From assembly GCF_009914755.1 (NCBI RefSeq), contig NC_060947.1: 64,000 nt of DNA; one strand, given 5' to 3'. The notes below the pieces were generated by a model. It was given only the letters and a program-made list of their open reading frames with translations. It was not told the DNA's origin and ran no database searches. This DNA is from the human T2T-CHM13v2.0 reference genome, Homo sapiens. Shown in pieces: positions 41,729 through 55,495 of this stretch. The number at the start of each line of letters is the position of its first letter. Within the stretch, counting starts at the first letter, position 1. Position numbers and translations under genes: made by a program.

Positions 41729-44374
41729 TAGATTGCTTTGGGCAGTATGATCATTTTTACAATACGAATTTTTCCCACCCATAGGCATGGGATAAGTTTC
41801 CATTTGTTTGTGTCATCTATGATTTATTTCAGCAGTGTCTTGTAGTTTTCTTTGTAAATATACTTTACCTCTTTGTCTAAGTATATTCCTAGATTTTTTT
41901 TTAGCTCCTGTAAACAAGATTGAGTTCTTGATTTAATTCTCAGCTTGGACATTTTTAGTATTTATCATTTTTACTGGTTTGTGTACATTGATTTTGCATC
42001 CTGAGATTTTACTAAATTCATTTATCATATCTAGGAGTCTTCTGAAACAGCCTTTAGAGTTTTCTAGGTATAGAATCTTATCAGTGAACAGTACTAGTAT
42101 GACTTTTTCTTTTTATATTTGGATGTCCTTTATTTCTTTCTCTTGCCTGATTGCTCTGACTAGGACTTCTAGTACTATGTTAAATAGAAGTGGTGAAAAT
42201 GGGCATCCTTCTCTCCTTAAAGTTTTCAGGGTGAAATTTTTCAACTTTTTTCCTTTTAGTATGATGTTTGCTGTGGGTATGTCATATATGGCTTTTATTA
42301 TTTTGAGGTAAGTCTCTTCTATGCCTAGTTTATTGAGGATTTTTATCATAAACAGATGCTGGATTTTATCAAATGCTTTGCATCTATTGAGATGATCCTA
42401 TACTTTAGTCTAATTCTGTGTATGTGATCTATAACATTTATTGACTTGAATATGTTAAGCCATCTCTGCACTCCTGGGACAAAACCCACTTGGCCATGAT
42501 GTGTTATATTTTTGATGTGATGTTGGATTCAGTTAGCTAGTATTTTGTTGAGGATTTTTGCATCAAAGTTTATCAGGGATATTGGTCTATGGTTTTTTTT
42601 TATTATTTTCTTTCCTGCTTTTGGTGTCAGGGTGATACTGGCTTCAAAGAATAATTTCACAAGGATTCCGTGTTTCTCAATCTTTTGGAATAGTTTCAGT
42701 AAGATTTGCAACAATCGTTCTTTGAATTTCTGGTAGAATTTAGCTATGAATTCATCTGGTTTTGGGATTTTTGTTGGCTTTTTTAAATTATTGATTCAAT
42801 TTTGCTGCTTGTTATTGGTCTCTTCAGGATTTCTATTTATTTTTCTGATTGAGTCTAGGAGGATTGTATGTTTTCAGGAATTTATTCATTCCCTCTAGGT
42901 TTTCTATTTTGTGTGCATAAAGGTGTTCATAGTAGTCTCAAATGATCTTTTGTATTTCTGGGGAATATGTTGTAATGTCTCCAGTTTCATTTCAAATTGA
43001 GCTTAGATGGATCTATCTTCTCTCTTCATTTTTGGTCAGTCTTACTAATGGTCTCACAATTTTGCTAATCTTTTCAAAGAACTAGCTTTTTGTTTCATTT
43101 ATATTTGGTATTTTCTTTGTTTCAACTTTATTTAGTTGTCTGATATTTGTTATTTCTTTTCTTCTGCTGTCTTTGGGTTTAGTTTGTTCCTGTTTCTATG
43201 GTTCCTTGAGGTGGTACATTATGTTGTCAATTTGTGCTTTTTCAGACTTTTTGATATAGGCATTTAACTATTAACTTTCCTTTTTGCATAGCTTTTTCTG
43301 TATTCCAGAGGTTTTGATAACTTGTGTCACTATTATCATTCATTTTAAAAAATTTATATTTCCATCTTGATTTCCTTGCTAACCCAGAAATCATTCCAAA
43401 GTAGATTATTTATTTTCCATGTATTTGCATAATTTTGAGGGTTCCCTTTTATGTTTATTTCTAGTTTTAATCCACTGTGTTCTGAGGAGATATTTAATAT
43501 GGTTTCAGTTTTCTTAAATGTATTGAGACTTGTGTTTTTGTCCTATCATATAGTCTATCTTGGAGAATGTTCCATGTGCTGATGAGAAGAACGTATATTC
43601 TGCAGTTGTTGGGTAGAATGTTCTGTAAATAGCTGTTAAGTCTGTTTATTCTAGAGTGTAGTTTAAGTCCATTGTTTCTTTGATGACATTCTGTCTGATT
43701 GTTATTGTTCTTCTGGATCTAGCCACGAGTAGGGCTGCCACGACCCAGCTGGTGCTATGGAATATGCAAGGGATCTGGTGATGTGACCTGTTCTCAAATC
43801 TCCCAGCAGTGGGTACCAGCATGAGCTCTGATGGGGATAATAGGAGAGTGATACAGACTCTGTGTATTTTCTTAGTTATAGGTAGCCTTAGTGTGCTGGC
43901 TTTCTCAAAAGCTGATTATAATAATGGTGAACTGGCCAAGTAGACAGACTCAGAACCTTCTACTTAGCCAGGGTGTTAGAGGCAATGGTGATATCTGAGT
44001 TCACACCCTGGTTTTCTCCTTTCTGGGAGCAGTGTTATTCTACCTAGTGATGCTGTAACAGACTGAGTCAGTTTGACCCCAGCCAGAAGGTGGCGCGTGC
44101 AAAAGAGCACCATCTGCAGTAGTAGCAGTAGGATTTGAGCGTGTTTTTATGTTGCCCAGGGAAGGTATTCTGGTTTCTTGGGTGATGGACAGAGCCATAA
44201 AGCTCCCCAAAGTTTTTATCATTTGTGTTAATATACCAGGGCAGGTAGAGGGGCACAGTCAGGTGGGGGCTGAATCAGGCAGTTCTGTACTCTGACTCTC
44301 CATGTGTAGGGCAAGCTGCATGCCCTGTGGGGTTTGTGAAGCAGTTCTCAGGCTACTGGGGTAATGTATTGGAG

Positions 44375-45370
44375 CAGTCCTGTTTCAATCTTCTGCATAT
44401 GGCTAGCCAGTTATCCCAGCACTATTTATTAAATGAGTCCTTTCCCCATTGCTTGATTTTGTCCACCTCCATGAATTCCAGATGATTGTAGGTATGTGGT
44501 ATCATTTCTGAGCTCTCTATTCTATTCAATTGGTCTATGTGCCTGTTTTGTACCAGTATCCTTTTTTGGTTACTGTACCTTTGAAGTATAGTTTGAGGTC
44601 AGGTAAAGTGATGCCTTCAGCGCTATTCTTTTTGTGTAGAATTGCTTTAGCTATTCAGGCTATTTTTTGTTGTTGTTGTTCCATATGAATTTTGAAATAG
44701 TTTTTACTAATTCTCTGAAGAATGTCATTGATAGTTTGATAGGAATCACTTTAAATCTCTAAATTGCTTTGGGTAGTATGCCCATCCTAACAATATTGAT
44801 TCTTCCTTAAATGCTTTTCCATTTGATTGTGTTATCTCTGATTTCTTTGAGCAGCGTTTTGTAATTCTTTTGGTAGAGATCTTTCACCTCCATGGTTAGC
44901 AGTACTTTTAGGTATTTTATTCTTTTTATGGCCATCGTGAATGGGATTGCATTCTTGATTTGGCTCTCAGCTTAGATGTTGTTGGGGTATAGGAGTCCTA
45001 CTGATTTTTGCATATTGTTTGGTATGATGAAACTTTGTTCAAGTTGTTTATCAGATCAAGTAGGTTTTGGGCAGAGACTATGGGATTTCTATGTATAGAA
45101 TTACATGCTCTGAAAACAGGAATAGTTTGACTTCCTCTATTCCTTTTTGGATGCCTTTTATTTTATTTCAATTGCCTGATCGCTCTGGCCAGGACTTCCA
45201 GTACTCTGTTGAATAAAAGTGGTGAGAGAGGGCATCCTTATCTTCTGGAATTCCAGGGGAATGACTCCAGCTTTTGCTCATTCAGTACAATGTTGACTAT
45301 GGGTTTGTCATAGACAGCTCTTATTATTTTGAAGCATATTTGTGCAATGTCTTGTTTGTTGAGGGTTTTA
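44375..45370 (-). mobile_element. L1P ORF2 fragment
   Basis: 'tttcaatcttctgcatatggctagccag..ggacttccagtact..gagggtttta'. Confidence 0.85.
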
Positions 45371-45703
45371 AAAAATGTCTATAGTTTGTAGAGTTAGAGA
45401 TCTACCTTCTACTATCTTGCCACATGGTTAACATGATAGAAACTTTAATAAAGGTGGTTGTGGCCAAAAATACAGGGCTTTATTTCCTCCAGCCTCCAGT
45501 TATGTGTTATGCTACTTTCCCAGGATAGGGTGCTTGCATTTCTCATCACTCCCAAGCTGTGTTGCAGGAGCTAAATTCCAGGAAGGCATGGCCAAAGGGT
45601 CATCAGCTGTGGCAGGTAAATACAAGACATGTGATTATTCTCATTCCAGCTTGCTTGCTTGTAGATGAAATGTCAACAAGTACGCCAGGAAGGCCAGAGC
45701 TTG

Positions 45704-46640
45704 TGATATATGCAGGAGGAAGTTAAGGGGGCAGGTCCCCAGAGAACCTCTGACCAGCCTGCACACTTGGAGGAAGGAGTGGAGCCATGGGAAGTTCACG
45801 CTGTTTGCAGCCGGGAGAAGCCTGGCCTATTCAGTTCCTGTGTGCGTGGCCTGCAATCAATCTGTGAGATGGGGGCCTGTTAGCACGAACCCCTCTTGCT
45901 TTGCTGAGAGTTTTTATTTTTCCTTTTTTTCCTTTTCATCCAATAAATTCCCCTAACCTTTCAATGTGTCTGTGTGTCTTTTTCTGGTTGTGTGACAAGA
46001 ACTTGCTTTTAGCTGAACTAAAGATCAAAGTTCTGCAACATTTTGGTGCCCAAACATTGGGACATGAGAAAGCGTGAGTAACACGCAAACCAAAAATCTT
46101 TTTCCCTGTCACTTTTAAGCCTTTGTGGTCTCAGATTTCTTCTGAGGGTAGAGGAAATTATGCCGCCTACCCCACCCTGTTACTCCCAGGGGTCAAGAAT
46201 GTTGTTGGCCTTTTTCTTATTTTGGGGGGAAGAATAATTGGTTCTTCCCCCAGGCTCAACCCTGCACTTTAAACTTTTTTTTCCTTTTCTCTACCCTGTC
46301 AGGAGTTAACACAGTCCTGAATTTTAAGCTTTTTTTTTTCTCTTTTCTCTACCAGGTCAGGAGTTAACTTTTAAGGGATGCTTTTTTTCTTTTTAAAAGA
46401 TGTTTTACTAGCCCAGGAATAATAAGGATCATTGCTAATAGTCTTTGTAAAGTTTTAATTATGAAAAAGGATTTGTGAGGTTGGTGTTAAGCTGTAGCCA
46501 ATCTGGTGTACTTTGCGTGTCTTTCTGGATGGTCAGTAGCAAACTTTGCTGCAGGTCTCCATCTTGTTTTACCTCCTTTGAAGCATGACCTGTAACCACG
46601 TGGCCATGCTTTGTTTAGCCTCCTCCACTGCGCGCTCTTT
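45704..46640 (+). mobile_element. MER61-like ERV1 5' LTR (45704-46040), PBS and truncated leader
   Basis: TG..CA LTR with 'ggagccatgggaagttcacgctgtttgcag' and AATAAA; PBS-like 'tggtgcccaaacattgggac' at 46044. Confidence 0.7.
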
Positions 46641-46659
46641 AAGAAAATCCTTTTAAGTT

Positions 46660-48125
46660 TTGTTGGTGAGGGGATTATTTTTCAAATTTGCTACATTTAT
46701 TACAAAAATATTGTCCAAAATTTTTAACAAACAATCACAAAACACAAAGAGACAGGTAACTTTTACACAAACACAGAATTTTTAAAGACAGGTAACAAGA
46801 CCACTTGAAAGAGAGTCCAGATGTTGCAATTAACAAAAATTTCAAAGCAAAAAATATTTATGCATTCAGAGAACCAAGAGAAACCATGTTTTAGGAAGGT
46901 ATGATGGCAATGCCTCCTGTAAACTAAAAATAAAATTCTAATACCCTTCACCGATCTGAATGGACCTCCTCTTAAGCCAGGGCTTTAAAATTTAACCTGA
47001 AAGACTGGTTCAGGCCATGATGAGAAGTGGGAATCTGACATGTCTCATTATACCTCTCCGGAATTTACAACAACACAGACCTTAGGTCTGTTAAGAAACA
47101 TTTATAGTCTATTCTCTCTGAAGCCTGCTATCCAGAGGCTTCATCTGCATGATAAAACTTTGGTCTTCACAACCTCTTATCACAACCCAGACATTCTTTC
47201 TATTGATAGTTCTTTCAACCAATTGCTAATTGGAAAAATTTCAAATGTACCAATCAACTGGAAGCCCCCACTTCAAGTTGTCCTGCCTTTCTGGACCAAA
47301 TCAATGTATTTATTAAATGTATTTGATTGAAGTTGCATGTGTCCCTAAAATGTATAAAACCAAACTGCACCCTGATAACCTTGGGCACATGGTCTCAGGA
47401 TCTCCTGAGGGCTGTGTCATAGGCCATGGTCATTCATATTTGGCTCAGAAGAGATCTTTTCAAATATTTTACAGAGTTTGACACTCTTTGTTGACACTCC
47501 TCAAATAGAAAAAAATCAGTAAAGAAACAAAAATTTTTTAAAAATGAAATTTTGTAGGTGAAAGTACAATAATTGAAGTGATAAACTCACTGAAGTTATT
47601 CAACAATTGGTTTTAATACACAGAAGAAAGAATCTGTGAAATCAAAGATGGATTGATAAACATTATGTAATTCAAATACAAAGAGAAAAAAAGTGTGGGA
47701 AAACTGAACAGAATCTCACTATTGCAGAACACTGGTACATATATTAGCACACATCTAATGGAAATGTCAGGAGAGAAATTGTAGGGAAAGAAACAAAACA
47801 CATTCAAGAAATAATTGCTGAAATCTTCCCATATTTTATGAAAAACAAATGTACACATAAAAACTCATTGAAATCCAGGTAGAATAAATACAAAGAGATT
47901 CATACCTAAAGGCATCTAATTAAAAATCCTGAAAGATTAAGACAAAATCTTGAAAGCAGCAAGAGAAAAAAAATTATCATACAAAGGAATCCCATGAAAG
48001 TAACAGCTGATTTTCCACTCAATGACAGTGGAGAATAGAAGACAGTAGGATAAAATCTACGAAGTTCTAAAAGAAAAAAGTCAATTTGGAATATTATATA
48101 AAGCAAAACTATATCTGAAAAGTAA
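46660..48125 (+). mobile_element. Old L1M ORF1 region, interrupted by MER4
   Basis: 'acagaagaaagaatctgtgaa..aaaatcttgaaagcagcaagagaaaa..taacagctgattttcc'. Confidence 0.75.
46918..47496 (+). mobile_element. MER4A/B-like solo LTR
   Basis: 'tgtaaactaaaaataaaattctaa..ttggctcagaa..tttacagagtttgac..gttgaca'; 4-bp TSD ctcc. Confidence 0.9.
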
Positions 48126-48149
48126 AGGTAAAAAGAAATGACATAGGCA

Positions 48150-49500
48150 AAATTGGCAAAATAATAAACTTTACGTACCTTTACTCACCAGTCACCAGAA
48201 ACGCCAAAAAATAAAATAAAAAGCTATCAAAAATTGTTGGAATCAACATTATAAGAACTCTGGTTAACAGTCAGAGGTTTACAACAGCCAAGCAAATGCT
48301 TAAACAGAAAAATATTACTGAAACACATTAGAGCTTTGTGGCAATTTAATATAATCTTACCCCAATCTTCTTACAGATATGGTGACAGTATAAAGATGAC
48401 TGACTGTGTTTCTGGTATGGTTTCACACCAGAGGCAGGAGAGAGCTGTTCATAAAAAAGTCAAACTCTGTAAAACATTTGAAGAGATTTATTCTGAGCCA
48501 AATATGCATGAACGATGGTCTATGACACAGCCATCAGGAAATCCTGAGAGTATGGGCCTGAGTTGGTCAGGCTCCAGCTTGGTTTTATAAATTTTAGGGA
48601 GATAAAAGACATTGATAAATACATGTAAAATATACGTTAATTTAGTCCAGAAAGGTGAGACAACTGTAAGTGGAGGCTTCAAGGTCATAGACAGATTAAA
48701 AGATTTTCTAATTGGCAATTGGTTGAAATAGTTACTATCTAAAGACCTGGAATCAATAGCAACGAGTATATCTGGGTTAAGATAAAAGGTTGTGGAGACC
48801 AAGGGCTTATCATGCAGATGAAGCTTCTATGTTGCAGGCTTCAGAATTCTTATCAGACTAAGAAAAGTTCCAAGACATTTGTTAATTCTCTCCTGAATCA
48901 GGGAAAAGACCCGCAAAAGAACAGGGATTCTCTACATAATGTAGATTTTCCTCACAAGAGACAGCTTTGCATGCCCATCTTAAAATATGTCAAATAAATC
49001 TAATTTGGGGTAAAATACCTTAACTTCTTTCAAGCCCAGCTATGTGTCATGTGATGCCGTACTAGAGTCAAGCTGGAATTAGATGTCTTATCACTACAAA
49101 AAATGCCTGCTTTGTCAGTCTAAAGTTCTGTTTTAACGTTAATGCTGGACAGCTGTGCCTGAATTTCAAAAGGGAGGAGGAAATAATGAACCATGTGCAA
49201 TCTACTCTTTCCATCATGGCCTGAACTAGCTTTACAGGTTAACTTTGGAATTCCCTTACCTGAGGGGAGGGTCCAACACCTGCTTAGAGGTCTTTAAATT
49301 TTATTTTTGGTTTATGGAGCAGATCATATTTGGTTTCTTGAAAATAGTGTTTGCCTGTTTTGATCTAACTGGAAGTTTCTTGGTGGACTAAAATGAGGAG
49401 TTTGCCTTTGTCTCATTTAACTCAGACTTTTTTTAAAAAAAATAATGTCTATGCAAAGGACACCACTTGGAAAAAATTACAGGTAATTTAAGAACCCACT
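48150..49500 (+). mobile_element. Old L1M 5' UTR-like segment, interrupted by MER4
   Basis: 'aaaattgttggaatcaac..agaactctgg..agaggtttacaacagccaagcaaatgct'. Confidence 0.45.
48446..49316 (-). mobile_element. MER4-family solo LTR (long D/E-like form)
   Basis: 'aagtcaaactctgtaaaacatttgaagagatttattctgagccaaat..attttatttttggttta'; 4-bp TSD gagc. Confidence 0.88.
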
Positions 49501-49554
49501 GCCACCTTGGACAAAACAATAATTTTTGAAGCAAACAATACAAAAGTCAAATGC

Positions 49555-50970
49555 ATCATGCTACCTGACTTCAAGCTATACTACAAGGCTACAGTAACCA
49601 AAACAGCATGCTACTGGTACCAAAACAGATATATAGACCAATGGAAAAGAACAGAGGCCTCAGAAATAACACCGCACATCTACAACCATCTTATCTTTGA
49701 CAAATCTGACAAAAACAAGCAGTGGGGAAAAGATTCCCTATTTAATAAATGGTGTTGGGAAAACTGGCTAGCCATATGCAGAAAACTGAAACTGGACCCC
49801 TTCCTTATACCTTATACAAAAATTAACTCAAAATGGATTAAAGACTTAAAAGTAAGACCTGAAACCATAAAAACCCTATAAGAAAACCTAGGCAATACCA
49901 TTCATGACACAGTCATGGACAAAGACTTCATGACTAAAACACTAAAAGCAATGGCAACAAAAGCCAAAATTGACAAATGGGATCTAATTAAACTAAAGAG
50001 CTTCTGCACATCAAAAGAAACTATCATCAGAGTGAACAGGCAACCTACAGAATGGGAGAAAATTTTTACAATCTATCCATCTGACAAAGGGCTAATATCC
50101 AGAATCTACAAGGAACCTAAAGAAATGTACAAGAAAAAAAAAACTCATCAAAAAGTGGGCAAAGGATATGAACAGACACTTTTCAAAACACGACATTTAT
50201 GTGGCCAACAAACATATGAAAAAAAGCTCATCACTGGTCATTAGAGAAATGCAAGTCAAAACCACAATGAGATACCATCTCAGGCCAGTTACAATGGCAA
50301 TCATTAAAAAGTCAGGAAACAACCGATGCTGGAAAGGGTGCAGAGAAATAGGAACACTTTTACACTGTTGGTGGGAGTGTAACTTAGTTCAATCATTGTG
50401 GATGACAGTGTGGCAATTCCTCAAAGATCCAGAACTGGAAATGCCATTTGACCCACCAATCCCATTACTGGGTATATACCCAAATGATTATAAATCATTC
50501 TACTATAAAGACACATGCACACGTATGTTTATTGCAGCACTATTCACAATAGCAAAGACTTGGAACCAACCCAAATGCCCATCAATGTTAGACTGGATAA
50601 AGAAAATGTGGCACATATACACTGTGGGATACTATGCAGCCATAAAAAAGGATGAGTTCATGTCCTTTGCAGGGACATGGATGAAGCTGGAAACCATCAT
50701 TCTCAACAAACTAACACAGGAACAGAAAATCAAATACCACATATTCTCACTCATAAGTGGGAGTTGAACAATAAAAACATATGGGCACAGGGAGGGGAAC
50801 ATCTCACACTGGGGCCTGTTGGGGGGTGGGGGGCATGAGGAGGGATAGCATTAGGAGAAATACCAAATGTAGATGACAGTTTGATGGGTCCAGCAAACCA
50901 CCATGGTACATTTATACTTATGTAACAAGCCTGCCTGTTCTGCACATGTATCCCAGAACTTGAAGTATTA
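49555..50970 (+). mobile_element. Youngest L1 in the window: L1PA7-like 3' 1.4 kb with a (TA)n tail
   Basis: ORF2 C-terminal peptides 49507-49881, 49915-50244 and 50168-50767 ([21 protein letters not shown]); 3' UTR 'gcattaggagaaatacc'. Confidence 0.92.
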
Positions 50971-51583
50971 TTGATATACATATATATATATATATATATC
51001 AAAGCTATAGCAACCAAGACACCATGATATTGGCATAAAAACAGACCCACAGAGCAAAAGAAGAGAATAGAGAACACAGATATATACTACCCCAGCTGCA
51101 AAAAATCTCATCTTCGACACAGGTGCCAAGCACACACAATGGGAAAAGGACAGTTGTTTCAATAAATGTGTTGGAAAAATCGATTAACTATGCCAAAAAA
51201 AAAATTAGACTGCCATCTTTCACCACACACAAAAATAAAATAAAAATAAATTAGAAACTATAATCTACTACCTGAAACTAGGAAACTACTAGAAGAAAAC
51301 ATTGGGGAAACACTGTAGGAAATTGGTCTGGGCAAATTTTTTTGTGTGTAAGACCTGAAAGGCACAGGGTACCAAAGCAAAAATAGACAAATAAGATTAC
51401 CTCAAGCTAAAAAGCTTTCACGCAACAAATGAAACAATCAAAAAAATGAAGACAATCCACAGAATTGAAGAAAACAGTTGCAAACCATTGATCTGACAAA
51501 GGATTAATAACCAGAATATATAAGTGGCTTAAACAGTTCAAGAGCAAAATAATAATAATAATTCAATTAAAAGATAAGCAAAA

Positions 51584-51830
51584 GGCCGTGTCTGGTGGCT
51601 CATGCCTGTAATCCCAGTACTTTGGGAGGCTGAGGCGGGTGGATAACCTGAGGTCAGGAGTTCAAGACCAGTCTGGCCAACATGGTGAAACCCCATCTCT
51701 ACTGAAAATACAAAAATTAACTGGGCATGGTGGCAGGGGCCTGTAATCCCGGCTACTCAGGAGGCTAAGGCATGAGAATCTCTTGAACCCGGGTGACAAG
51801 AGCAAAACTTCATCTCAAAAAAAAAAAAAA
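51584..51830 (+). mobile_element. AluSq/Sp-like with a right-arm deletion
   Basis: 'cttgaacccgggtgacaagagcaaaact' junction. Confidence 0.9.
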
Positions 51831-52111
51831 GCAAAAGATCTGAATAGACTTTTCTCAGAAGTACATAAATGACAAACATGTGTATGAGAAATGCTAAAAA
51901 TAACAAATCATCAGAGAAATGCAAATCAAAATCACAGTGAGACATCATCTCACTCCAGTTAAAATAGCTTTTATCAAAAACACAGGCAATAACTCACAAG
52001 AGTATTGAGAAAGGAAAACTCTTGTACATTGTTGCTGAGAATATAAATTAATACTGTGACTATGGAGAACATTATGGAGGTTTCTCAAAGAAGAAAAAAT
52101 AGATCTACCAC

Positions 52112-52397
52112 TAGGCATGGTGGTTGACACCTGTAATCCCAACACTTTGAGAGGCCAAGATAGGTGAATTGTTTGAGCCCAATGTCAAGATCAGCCTGGG
52201 CAATATGGTGAAACTCCATCTCCACAAAAAAATTAAAAAAATTAGCCCAGCATGGTGGCATGCACCTATAGTCCCAGCTACTAGGGAGGCTGAGGTGGGA
52301 GGATCACTGGAGCCCAGAAGGTAGAGGTCGCAGTGAGTCAAGATCACCCCAGTGTACTCCAACCCAGGTAACAGAGCAAGACACTGAAAAAAAAAAA
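52112..52397 (+). mobile_element. AluJ
   Basis: 'ttgagccca..cagcctgggcaatatgg..gaggtgggaggatcactggagccc'; TSD core ctacca. Confidence 0.88.
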
Positions 52398-55175
52398 GTG
52401 CTACCATATATTAAGCAATTCTACTACTGGGTATATATTCAAAAGAAAGGAAATCAGTACATCAAAGAGATGTCTGCATTTCCATGTTATTGCTGCATTA
52501 TTTAGAATAGTTCAAAATATGGAATCAACATAAATGCTCACCAATGAATAAGTGGATAAAGACAATATGGCATATATGCATAACAAAATATTATTCAGCC
52601 ATAAAAAGAATGAAATCCTGTCATTTTAAGGAACACAGATGGAACTGGAGATCACTATATTAAGTGAAATAAGTCAGGCACAGAAAGACAAATATCACAT
52701 TTTCTCACTCATATGATGGAGCTAAAATAGTGAATCTCATGAAAATGAAGAGTAGATTAATGGTTATCAAAGGCGGAAATGAAAGAAACAAAGAAGATTT
52801 TATATTTATAATAAGTACATAAGCATATATTACCACTAAACTTCGCATTTCAAAACAGCAAAATAATAAATTATATATGTATTTTTCACTTCAATAAAAA
52901 AAGAAACAAAAATGTAAAAAGCATGGAATTGTAATAAAACACACATATGTCAATGAAACAGAATTGAGAAACCAATTATAAATTCACATATTTATAGCTA
53001 ACTGATTTTCAAAAAAGGAGTCAAGAACATACATTAGGAAAATGCCACTCTTTTCAGTAAATAGTTTTAGACAAACTGGATATCGACATGTAGAAGAATA
53101 AATCTAAATTTCCATCTTTTACCATATATAATAAACAACTCAAAATGCATTAAAAACTTAGATGTAAGACACAAATTATAAAAGAATAAAACATAGGGGA
53201 AATGCCTTAGAACATTGTTCTAGGTACAGATTTTATGAGTAATACTTCAAAAGTGAAGGCATTAAGAAAAATAGAGAAATGAGATTATGTCAAACAAAAA
53301 AGCTCCTGAACAGCAAAGGAAACAATCAGCAGTGGAAAGAGACAACCTGAAGAATAGGAGAAAATATTTGCAAACTATTCATTCACAAGGCGTTAATGTC
53401 CAGAATATATAAGGAACTCAAACAACTGAACAGAAAAAAAAATCTATTACAAAATTTTGGCAAATAGACATTTTTCAAAGAATAAATACAAATGACCAAG
53501 TACATAAAAAAATTTTCAACACTGACTTTCAGTTTCAAAATGGCAGCATAGCAGAAAGCTGGCCTCACCACCCCCATAGAAAACTAAAAACAAACATATA
53601 GTGCCAAGATTCTCTCCAGCAATAGCCCAGACCTCACACAGGAAGATGTGACAGTTCCCAGGACGGCAGGAAAGTCAAGAAACCTTAGAGCATATGTAAG
53701 AGATTCAGACTTCCACATCTGTGATGACCGTTCCTCCAATCTTCCCACCACCAAACACATAAAAATCTTCCTTAGGACTAATGGTCTCTACACTGGAAAA
53801 AGTGGGATCAAGAGGGGGCACCACCATCCTGACGATCTCAGCTTCACTGACAAAAAAACACATTCCTGCCTCAACCCACGGGAAGCATTGGGAGTGCCTG
53901 AAGGGAGAAATATTCCTGAAGACAGTGAGAGACAAATGGAGAAGGAAGGACAACCATTCCTAGCCCTGAAAACTCTGCTTTGTAACTCACCCAAAGGAGA
54001 CATCAATTCAGAGCAACTGTTCAGTATCACCACATTTTAGAAGTTTTATCCCATAGTTCCCATGGGTACAAACCCCTAATTAGCTTTCCCACACTACTGG
54101 GATATTTCTCCTGTTACATCCCTCATTCTGGATGAAAGACATTCTGTTTACTAGAACTGCAGCAAACCTGGGCTTAAGGCTCCATCTAGTGCCCTAATGA
54201 AGGCATCAACCTAGCAGAAAAAAAAAAAAAAAGAAAAGTAAAGAAAGGAAAAGAAAAGAAGAAAAATCAATAGGCAAATTATAAAAAATCTCTAAGCAAA
54301 CATATCTAACAACAACAACAAAAACAAGCCAAGCAGAGAAAACTGGAATAAATAATTAATATTTCAATGCAAAGAAATAGACATACTGCCACACAAACAA
54401 CAGCAAAGGGAATTATGACATTCTCATATGTACAAAGCAAGAAACTAGTGACTGACCCTAATGAGATGGTGATTTGTTAACTCTCTAAGAATTTAAAATA
54501 GCAATTTAAAGAAATAGTGTTTTCCAAGATAACATAAAAAATCAATCAGGAATTAATCATAGAAACTTTGCAAATGAAATAATAAGACAATATCAAGCAT
54601 AAACTGTGGAACTGAGATATACATTCACTTAACTGAAAAATTTATTAGAGGCCTTCAACAGCAGAATAGATCAAACATAGAAAATAATCAGGGAGATCAA
54701 AGACAGGCTATTTGAAAATACAGTCAGGAGAAAAATAAAAATAAATGAAGATAAAGTAAAATATAGAAAAATATCTCAAAAAACCAGCTCTAAGAATTAT
54801 TGGTGTTCAAAGGGGAGCTAAGCAAGAGCAAGGTACAAAGCTTATCAGAAGAAATAATAGCATAAAATTTTCCAAAACTTAAGAAAGAGATAAATATCTA
54901 GGTACGGGAAGGTCAGAGAACACCAAAATAATTAAAGTCAAATAAGAGTACTCCAAGGCATATAATAATCAAATTCTCAAATGTCAAGCACAAAGAGAGG
55001 ATCCTATAAGCATCAATATAAAATAAGAAAATAACATATAAAAGAGCTTCGATTCATCTAACAGACTTAACAAAAACCATTCAGGCCAGAAGGGTGTATG
55101 ATGACATTTTCAAACTGCAACAAACAAACAAACAAAACCACTGTCATCCAACAATATTGTACCCAGGAAAGCTAT

Positions 55176-55495
55176 TCTTCTTTTTTTTCTTTCTTTTCTT
55201 TTCTTTTTTTTTTTCTGAGATGGAGTCTCGCTCTGGTGAGCAGGCTGGAGTGCAGTGGCGCGATCTCAGCTCACTGCAACCTCTGCCTCCCGGATTCAAG
55301 CAATTCCCTGCCTCAGCCTCCCGAGTAGCTGGGATTACAGGCCTCCACCATCACGCCCAGCTAATTTTTATATTTTTAGTAGAGATGGGGTTTCACCATC
55401 TTGGCCAGGCTGGTCTTGAATTCCTGACCTCGTGATCTACCCATCTTGGCCTCCCAAAATGCTGGGATTACAGATGTGAGCCACAGCGCCCAGCC
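55176..55495 (-). mobile_element. AluS (Sx/Sq-like)
   Basis: Full dimer; TSD agctattcttc/agctagtcttc. Confidence 0.9.

Larger units (their letters stand above)
51000..52905 (+). mobile_element. L1MA-type ORF2 end and 3' UTR, with two Alus
   Basis: 'caaagctatagcaaccaa..aagtcaggcacagaaagacaaatatcac'. Confidence 0.85.

Noticed and set aside
50168-50767. 199-aa ORF, the longest in the window
   Set aside because: It is the L1 ORF2p C-terminus of a truncated, frameshifted L1PA copy, not a host gene
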